A stretch of DNA of 31,863 nt from a virus (lineage: Duplodnaviria > Caudoviricetes): positions 1 through 31,863 of the IMG/VR virus record IMGVR_UViG_3300037851_000135; one strand, 5' to 3'. Positions 26,827-31,863 of the stretch are shown here, piece by piece (the first letter of the stretch is position 1; each line of letters begins with the position of its first letter). Under the pieces are notes generated by a model that was given only the letters and a program-made list of their open reading frames with translations, did not search any database and was not told where the DNA came from. Made by a program: the position numbers and the translations under genes.

Positions 26827-26951
26827 AGCGCAATTTTAGCAAGTCTGTACTTTTCTCGGTAGTGACATTCGTCATGTTTTTTCAAACTCGCGCCCGAAAA
26901 TATTGCAAAAATGCCCCTTTTGTTGTATATGTAAAGGCAGGAGTGAACACG
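26827..26951. promoter_or_regulatory. Divergent promoter region
   Basis: Strand switch; leftward TGCTAAAAT (26833-26841); rightward TTGCAA-N17-TATATG then SD AGGAG. Confidence 0.6.
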
Positions 26952-27209
26952 ATGAGCGAACACAAAATCAAAAAAAAATGCGTCCTTTGCGGGAGATGGT
27001 TTACAACCCGCGCCTATTGCGGCGGGGCGGATAAATGCCGTAAGTGCCGCCCGTTTCGTCACAATGTGCGGGGAGACGATGTTCTGATACACGTCAAAAC
27101 AAAATTCAACGATAGGATCAGAAGCGATCCGAAGTACAAACACCCCCACGCTGGAATAAATGCAAATGCGGCGCGCTATGTCACGGGTGACGGGGAGATA
27201 GCCGTATGA
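26952..27209 (+). CDS. Zinc-finger hypothetical protein
   Basis: CVLC...CRKC; SD AGGAG. Confidence 0.65.
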   Translation: MSEHKIKKKCVLCGRWFTTRAYCGGADKCRKCRPFRHNVRGDDVLIHVKTKFNDRIRSDPKYKHPHAGINANAARYVTGDGEIAV

Positions 27210-27754
27210 TACTCCCCGATGACCTAAAAGACAGTATAGCGGTTATCGCCGATGAGGGCGTTGCCGCGCAGATAAAAATCGGGCGGATAATCGGCGCATG
27301 GATGACGATTGCCCGTGTACCGCATGGGCGCAAGATGGAGACCTATCAGGCGTGCGCGGATTGGTATTATCAATGCACGGGAAACGAAGTATCGGCGCGG
27401 ACTATTCGGGCTTGGAAGTACGCCGCCGATCTGGTTGACGAGTTGGGCGATCGGTATTCACAGTTGCCGTATTCGGTTTTTATCGCATCGGTCAATTTGG
27501 CTTCGACGTGCCAAAATGACTTGACGATAATTTTAGATTGGGCAGTTGCCAACCTGCCGATTACAGTACCGCAACTCATGGCGCATTTTTCAGGAACGAC
27601 AAGCGCAAGTCTCTACGCCCCGCCCGATCATCCCGCTGTATCAAGCGTTATCCGCGCTCTGCGCCGCGTTCTACCAGAAGGCGATCCGCGCTGGAAAATC
27701 GCTCTGCCGCTTGTCGAGCAGTTGCGAAAATTGTTATCAGAGGAAGTGTCCTAG
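27206..27754 (+). CDS. Hypothetical protein (helical)
   Basis: 182 aa, ATGA overlap, SD GGAG. Confidence 0.7.
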   Translation: MILPDDLKDSIAVIADEGVAAQIKIGRIIGAWMTIARVPHGRKMETYQACADWYYQCTGNEVSARTIRAWKYAADLVDELGDRYSQLPYSVFIASVNLASTCQNDLTIILDWAVANLPITVPQLMAHFSGTTSASLYAPPDHPAVSSVIRALRRVLPEGDPRWKIALPLVEQLRKLLSEEVS

Positions 27755-27825
27755 TTTTGCAAAGAGGTGTAGTAAAAACCCGTCACGTTTTACCCACAGG
27801 CAAACATCAATTCAAATGGCATAAT

Positions 27826-27860
27826 AAAAGCAGACGATAGATAAATCTGCTTTTTATTTT
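27826..27860 (+). terminator. Possible intrinsic terminator
   Basis: AAAAGCAGA...TCTGCTTTT followed by TATTTT. Confidence 0.5.
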
Positions 27861-27873
27861 CTATGGAGTAACC

Positions 27874-28077
27874 ATGCAAAGAATTACACAATTTTCCTTC
27901 AAGGTAAACAGAGACGAACGGCAGGCGATTGCCGACCTTGCGGCGCGTTTGCGGCGTTCCCAAAGTGATGCGGTTAGGTTTGTTGTAACCGAAGCGGCGC
28001 GGCAGTTATCGCAAGCCCAAGAGACACCCGCTATGTCCGATTTGCCAAAAAGTGAGTTTGCAAAAAATCCCTCTTGA
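27874..28077 (+). CDS. Ribbon-helix-helix (CopG/Arc-like) regulator
   Basis: QFSFKV strand, ERQAIADLAARL, SQSDAVRFVV; SD GGAG. Confidence 0.75.
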   Translation: MQRITQFSFKVNRDERQAIADLAARLRRSQSDAVRFVVTEAARQLSQAQETPAMSDLPKSEFAKNPS

Positions 28078-28101
28078 CTTTTTTGCCAAGTCGTATATAA
28101 T
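28074..28101 (+). promoter_or_regulatory. Sigma70-type promoter overlapped by an inverted repeat
   Basis: TTGACT-N16-TATAAT; GACTT-N7-AAGTC at 28076-28092. Confidence 0.75.
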
Positions 28102-28107
28102 AAATAA

Positions 28108-28235
28108 GAATATGCGCGGTGTGGTAGCCGCAAATATCACGAGATCAAACCCCTCATTGGGTGCTTTTGTGCAAAGGCGCGATCTCCGCCGACTACCACA
28201 ACAGCACAGAGCATCCAATGAGGGGCTTTTGTTTT
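28108..28235 (+). ncRNA. Structured leader/attenuator RNA of the replication initiator
   Basis: Small hairpin, 22-bp terminator stem with G.U pairs, two loop-target complementarities (see findings). Confidence 0.7.
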
Positions 28236-28250
28236 GAAAGGAACTCCGCC

Positions 28251-28985
28251 GTGCGTAAAAATCTACTCATCAGCGAACCGCCGCTACAAGTATTGCCGTC
28301 TCTCGCGGTTGCGATTGGACTTGATGAAGCGATCGTACTCCAGCAAGTCCATTATTGGGTGACAAATCCCAAAAACGAGGGATACATTGACGAAAACGGG
28401 GATGCGTGGGTGTATGCCAGTTATAAAGAATGGCAATCCGATAATTTCCCGTTTTGGAAAATTCGCCACATTCAAGATGTATTTTTGAATCTTGAAAACA
28501 AGGGCGCGATGAGGTCATGTCAGCCCTTCAAAAAGGGGCATGACCAGCGAAAAGCGTACCGTCCAGCATACGATTTTCTGATGATCGATAGTACGAAAAA
28601 CGGATACTCGATAATGCAAAAAACGGATGATCTTAATATAGAATCAGAGACTACTACAAAGGCTACACAGAAAAAAGATATATCGGCAGTCGCAAAAAAA
28701 CTTTCAGAGTGTGGAATTTTCATAAATTCAGCATCGGCACAAACGGTTGACCTTTGGCTTGAAAAGCATCAGGTGGAATGGATCGGAAGGGCGATTGACA
28801 TTTCCGCGCAGAGGGGAGCAAAAAACATTAATTACATTGACAAAATTTTAATTGGGTGGGAAGCAAACGGATACCCCAAAAGCAGGGGGGCGTTAGTTGA
28901 AGAAGCAAGAGCGGATCGATCATCCGCTAAAGGTTCGGTTTCAGAATATAACGAAAGAATCATAAAGGAATTGTCGAATGAATAA
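28251..28985 (+). CDS. Replication initiator (replisome organiser) with C-terminal DnaD-like domain
   Basis: LQVLPSLAVAIGLDEAIVLQQVHYW N-terminus; AI...NINYIDKILIGW DnaD motif; SD AAAGGA, GTG start. Confidence 0.85.
   Translation: MRKNLLISEPPLQVLPSLAVAIGLDEAIVLQQVHYWVTNPKNEGYIDENGDAWVYASYKEWQSDNFPFWKIRHIQDVFLNLENKGAMRSCQPFKKGHDQRKAYRPAYDFLMIDSTKNGYSIMQKTDDLNIESETTTKATQKKDISAVAKKLSECGIFINSASAQTVDLWLEKHQVEWIGRAIDISAQRGAKNINYIDKILIGWEANGYPKSRGALVEEARADRSSAKGSVSEYNERIIKELSNE
28585..28628. repeat. Two iteron-like direct repeats inside rep (candidate origin)
   Basis: TCGATAGTACGAAAAACGGAT / TCGATAATGCAAAAAACGGAT, 23-bp period, followed by AT-rich sequence. Confidence 0.55.
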
Positions 28986-29346
28986 CTTTGCGATCGAAAT
29001 CGATCAAGGGAAAGTTGAGGCGGCAGAGGAAGGTTATAGGCTCGCCATGATTGATCTTAAAGACAGCGACGCATACAAGAAAGAAGTCGAGGAGTGGACG
29101 AGTGTTTTGGCGCGGCTCTGGGCGGCAGTAGATAAACCCATTGACAAGAGCCGCATTAAAGAATACAAGCGCGAGTTATCAAGTGTCCCGTTCGGACTGC
29201 TGGAGATCGCGGTAGGGCGTTGTATCCGTGAAAATGAATATAACAACGTCCCAACAATCGGCAAGATATGGTCGGCTGTCCGGCGCGAACTGGGCAATCC
29301 TCACGACATCGATCTCGCGCTTGAGCAGTGGGTATATTCGAGGTAG
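28978..29346 (+). CDS. Helicase loader/inhibitor-like protein (G39P-like)
   Basis: Follows rep; Y...L..VPF..LEIAV...I......PTIGKI pattern. Confidence 0.55.
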   Translation: MNNFAIEIDQGKVEAAEEGYRLAMIDLKDSDAYKKEVEEWTSVLARLWAAVDKPIDKSRIKEYKRELSSVPFGLLEIAVGRCIRENEYNNVPTIGKIWSAVRRELGNPHDIDLALEQWVYSR

Positions 29347-29349
29347 ACC

Positions 29350-29616
29350 ATGCCAAAACACCGCACATCCGAAGACCGCGAGATGGTCATCAAAATCTTA
29401 ATTGAAAACCCCGGCATCGGTCGTGAGCGCATCAGCAAGATAACCGGCATTCCAGCCGGAAGTATTCAGAACTGGATCAATGATCTGCGGCGCAGAGCGT
29501 CGGAGCGTGCGACAATCTGCCAAGTAGACGAAAACGGCGAGTATATCTTGGACGCCGTGACGTTTGCGAACAATGTGATTTACTACTCGATGGAGATCGA
29601 AAATGTCAAACGATAG
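29350..29616 (+). CDS. HTH DNA-binding protein
   Basis: NPGIGRERISKITGIPAGSIQNWI. Confidence 0.7.
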   Translation: MPKHRTSEDREMVIKILIENPGIGRERISKITGIPAGSIQNWINDLRRRASERATICQVDENGEYILDAVTFANNVIYYSMEIENVKR

Positions 29617-29806
29617 CATCGCCTACGCCCCTCTCTATGCAGATGGCATCGTGTATGAGGACACCCCGATCCTGCGAGCGGGGCATACCTGCCCCATCTG
29701 CGGCGCGACTGGAGACGGGCGCGTTTTGCACGTCGTAGGCGGACAGGACTGCCTAAAATGTGACGAATATCATGCGGAAGATATGAAATTCGTCATTGAA
29801 AAGTAG
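29603..29806 (+). CDS. Small zinc-finger protein
   Basis: CPICG...CLKC. Confidence 0.6.
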   Translation: MSNDSIAYAPLYADGIVYEDTPILRAGHTCPICGATGDGRVLHVVGGQDCLKCDEYHAEDMKFVIEK

Positions 29807-29824
29807 GTCAAAATATCGTATTAT
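29796..29824 (+). promoter_or_regulatory. Sigma70-type promoter
   Basis: TTGAAA-N17-TATTAT then SD AAGGAG. Confidence 0.6.
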
Positions 29825-29845
29825 AAGCACAAGGAGAAAACGACA

Positions 29846-30160
29846 ATGGCAATCACGAAAAAGCACCCCGCTGACTATTGGGACAGCAAAACAAAGAACC
29901 CCACGACCGATCAAGTGAGCGCGGCTTGCGAACACATCGACAGCAAGATGGTTTTGTTCGCAGAGTTCAGCGAAATGGAACGTCTGCTCATTTTCTTCAT
30001 GGGCAAAGACGAGTACGAGGCGTGGAAGAAAGAGCGCGAGATCACAGTTGTCAACCTTGCGCGCTCGATGGCGCGGATGAAGACAAAGATAGGTGACTTG
30101 CGCTGGGAAGCGGCGTTTGTTGAGCCGCCGAAAGTCGAGACCGATGAAATTCCGTTTTAG
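29846..30160 (+). CDS. Hypothetical protein with SSB-like acidic C-terminus
   Basis: Strong SD; ends ETDEIPF. Confidence 0.75.
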   Translation: MAITKKHPADYWDSKTKNPTTDQVSAACEHIDSKMVLFAEFSEMERLLIFFMGKDEYEAWKKEREITVVNLARSMARMKTKIGDLRWEAAFVEPPKVETDEIPF

Positions 30161-30165
30161 GCAGA

Positions 30166-30522
30166 ATGTCCCCGCAGGGGACTTGCAAACAACCGAACCG
30201 AAAGGACACATGCAATTGGAACGTTTGTGCAAAGTTGTTCGGCGCGGACGATAGCGATGAATGGCTCGGCAACAAAGTCGAGTTAACCGTTGTCGAAACC
30301 GAAGCATTCGGCGACATCGTGAAGGCGATTCGCATCAGCACAAAACTCCCGCAGGTTGGCTACGCAATCCGAGACCGCTTCGCCAAGTTATACGCAGAAG
30401 CCGCGAATTTGAATGTTGAGGGTTTCGAATCGTATGCGCTTGGAGAAAACATGACGGACGCAGAGATTATCGCGCTCGGCAAGGAACTCAAGAAGAAGAT
30501 AGAGGCGGCGAAAGAATTTTAA
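30166..30522 (+). CDS. Hypothetical phage protein, possibly 5'-truncated
   Basis: AKLFGADDSDEWLGNKVEL...FGDIVKAIRI; the best SD/ATG (30210) is out of frame. Confidence 0.55.
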   Translation: MSPQGTCKQPNRKDTCNWNVCAKLFGADDSDEWLGNKVELTVVETEAFGDIVKAIRISTKLPQVGYAIRDRFAKLYAEAANLNVEGFESYALGENMTDAEIIALGKELKKKIEAAKEF

Positions 30523-30583
30523 CCGCTAGGGTGTGAGTGATGGGGCGGGTCGCCCCGCCCCCAATAGCGCGAAAGGTGAAGAG

Positions 30584-30730
30584 ATGACCCACGAGGAAAT
30601 AGAAAAGAGTATCAAAAACGGCGGACGCGAGGCTGAATATGCCGAGCGCGACGCCGCTTTTGAAGCGTGGCTCGCGCTAGTTATCTCTGGAGAGGCGAAA
30701 CTAAAATTTTTAGTTTTCGCCGCAATCTAA
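30584..30730 (+). CDS. Small hypothetical protein
   Basis: SD AAAGGTG then ATG; preceded by GC hairpin 30542-30561. Confidence 0.55.
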   Translation: MTHEEIEKSIKNGGREAEYAERDAAFEAWLALVISGEAKLKFLVFAAI

Positions 30731-30736
30731 CCGTAG

Positions 30737-30872
30737 TTAGCAGATACTTTCTGGGAGCGTGACACAGGAAAGACTGTGAAGGCGTACGGCTAGGACGTGA
30801 AAATCGTCAACGGTCATCGTCGGCTTACACGGCGGACAAGTGGTGAAAATCCCTACCCCGGAAATCTGCTAA
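30737..30872 (+). ncRNA. Candidate structured non-coding RNA
   Basis: 16-bp closing stem enclosing four hairpins, two with UGAAAAU loops; ORF-free gap. Confidence 0.65.
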
Positions 30873-30927
30873 ACAAAAAATTGCAACGAAACAGTTGGTC
30901 GGACTGCTCAACAGAAAGTAGGTAAAC

Positions 30928-31152
30928 ATGGCACACCTAAACATCCAATATCAAAACTCTGCCGCGTATCATTCGGTTATTGGCGCGAAAACCGCCGAAC
31001 AACTGCTCAACCGCAAACGATACACCATCGGCGCGATTGAGTATCATGAGCGCGAGGGCAACCCAGAGCAGGCGGCTTTTTTCAAAAGCGATCTCGCCCT
31101 AATTGAAAAACGACTAGCGAAGATTGCACCGGACAAAGGGCAAAGGGAATAA
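30928..31152 (+). CDS. Hypothetical protein
   Basis: SD AGGT, 74 aa helical. Confidence 0.65.
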   Translation: MAHLNIQYQNSAAYHSVIGAKTAEQLLNRKRYTIGAIEYHEREGNPEQAAFFKSDLALIEKRLAKIAPDKGQRE

Positions 31153-31153
31153 C

Positions 31154-31348
31154 ATGAGCAACGGAAGATATTGTGATAACTGCGAAACTCACTTGGACGA
31201 TGCAGATTATGCGTCATACGGGTCATGGTCTTACACCTGCCCTGAATGCGGCTTTTGTTATCGTCACGATGCTGCTGATGTAAGCGAGCAGGTCGAAAAA
31301 TTCAACAGCCGCCCAACAAAGCGTGAAATGGACGATCGCCATGCTTGA
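31154..31348 (+). CDS. Small zinc-ribbon protein
   Basis: CDNC...YTCPECG. Confidence 0.65.
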   Translation: MSNGRYCDNCETHLDDADYASYGSWSYTCPECGFCYRHDAADVSEQVEKFNSRPTKREMDDRHA

Positions 31349-31523
31349 ATATTATTACGCATGGAAGAACAACGAAAAGCGCGAGACGTTATACGGGCGA
31401 GCCTGCCGCGTTTTGTTTCGCGGCAGGCTGAACTCTTGTCTAATTGAGTTTGAAGACGGTCAACGCGAGGTAGTATCGCGCAACGCAGTCAAGCGTCAGA
31501 AAGTCACCCGACCATATTGCTGA
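31341..31523 (+). CDS. Small phage hypothetical protein
   Basis: YAWKNNEKR...GRLNSCLIEFEDG...VSRNAV; overlaps the upstream stop. Confidence 0.65.
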   Translation: MLEYYYAWKNNEKRETLYGRACRVLFRGRLNSCLIEFEDGQREVVSRNAVKRQKVTRPYC

Positions 31524-31555
31524 TGTCGGCAATATGATAATTGTACCCGCCCCGC

Positions 31556-31863
31556 TCACCAACTCCAGCCATCCTGAAGCAGAACAGGGCGACCGTCAAC
31601 AAGCATCACCGCGCCGTTGACGTGACGATCTGCTCCGCCGTGACGCTTTGCCTCGTAATTCAGGGCGTCAAAGTCGGCAACGCATCCCGGCTCTATCGCA
31701 AAAAATTTCCCACTCGAAGTCTTCGTAACCGAAAAGTGATGATTGTGCTGCATGACGATATTCACGTCCTGCGCGTTCGCGACTCGCTTTCCCGCACCCT
31801 TGCCGCTCACGTTTGGATGTTCGATCTGCCACGTCACGCCGCCCGATATAACGCGCATCCAGT
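31556..31863 (-). CDS. 3' part of the metallophosphoesterase gene starting at 908
   Basis: Same frame and sequence as 1-229; stop at 31556. Confidence 0.85.
   Translation of the reverse strand, partial: WMRVISGGVTWQIEHPNVSGKGAGKRVANAQDVNIVMQHNHHFSVTKTSSGKFFAIEPGCVADFDALNYEAKRHGGADRHVNGAVMLVDGRPVLLQDGWSW
31635..31863. repeat. Terminal direct repeat / circular overlap, copy 2
   Basis: Matches 1-229 at 228/229. Confidence 0.97.

Noticed and set aside
26823-27149. Minus-strand 108-aa ORF over the divergent promoter
   Set aside because: Overlaps a better plus-strand gene with SD and crosses promoter elements
28161-28250. Track's longer N-terminus for rep
   Set aside because: Starts inside the terminator stem; SD plus GTG at 28251 matches where the recognisable protein begins
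29202-29211. GGAGATCGCG is a 10-nt perfect complement of the rep-leader inner loop region (28178-28187)
   Set aside because: Mid-gene, no adjacent full a site in the right order, and GATCG words are enriched genome-wide
31524-31555. Convergence point with TATGATAAT / TACAAT words, possible antisense promoters
   Set aside because: No -35 or extended -10 context and no hairpin; too weak to call
1-31863. CRISPR mini-array, tRNA genes, alternative genetic code
   Set aside because: No spaced repeats or canonical cloverleaf seen; genes are intact and densely packed under the standard code

Overview
The window is very probably a complete ~31.6-kb long-tailed (siphovirus-type) phage genome. Bases 1-229 repeat at 31635-31863 with one synonymous mismatch, and a metallophosphoesterase gene missed by the ORF track runs across that join. 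The minus strand (26826 down to 1) carries small accessory genes, an HNH nuclease, a holin-like gene, a ParB-like/DNA methylase, TerS/TerL, portal, a Mu gpF-like protein, a fused protease-capsid ORF, neck and tail genes with a classic -1 frameshift chaperone pair, tape measure, tail tip and receptor-binding genes. The plus strand (26952-31523) carries a ribbon-helix-helix regulator, a DnaD-domain replication initiator and small early genes. I recognise no integrase, CI-type repressor, endolysin, tRNA or CRISPR array. The most unusual signals are RNA-level: (i) a leader before the replication initiator with two reciprocal loop-target pairings inside a terminator, resembling P4 CI / P1 C4 antisense control; (ii) a ~136-nt multi-stem intergenic RNA with two identical T-loop-like hairpin loops; (iii) repeated promoter-leader-terminator cassettes in front of late genes. 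All calls come from reading motifs by eye, without database searches. A Chloroflexota-like host is only a weak inference.
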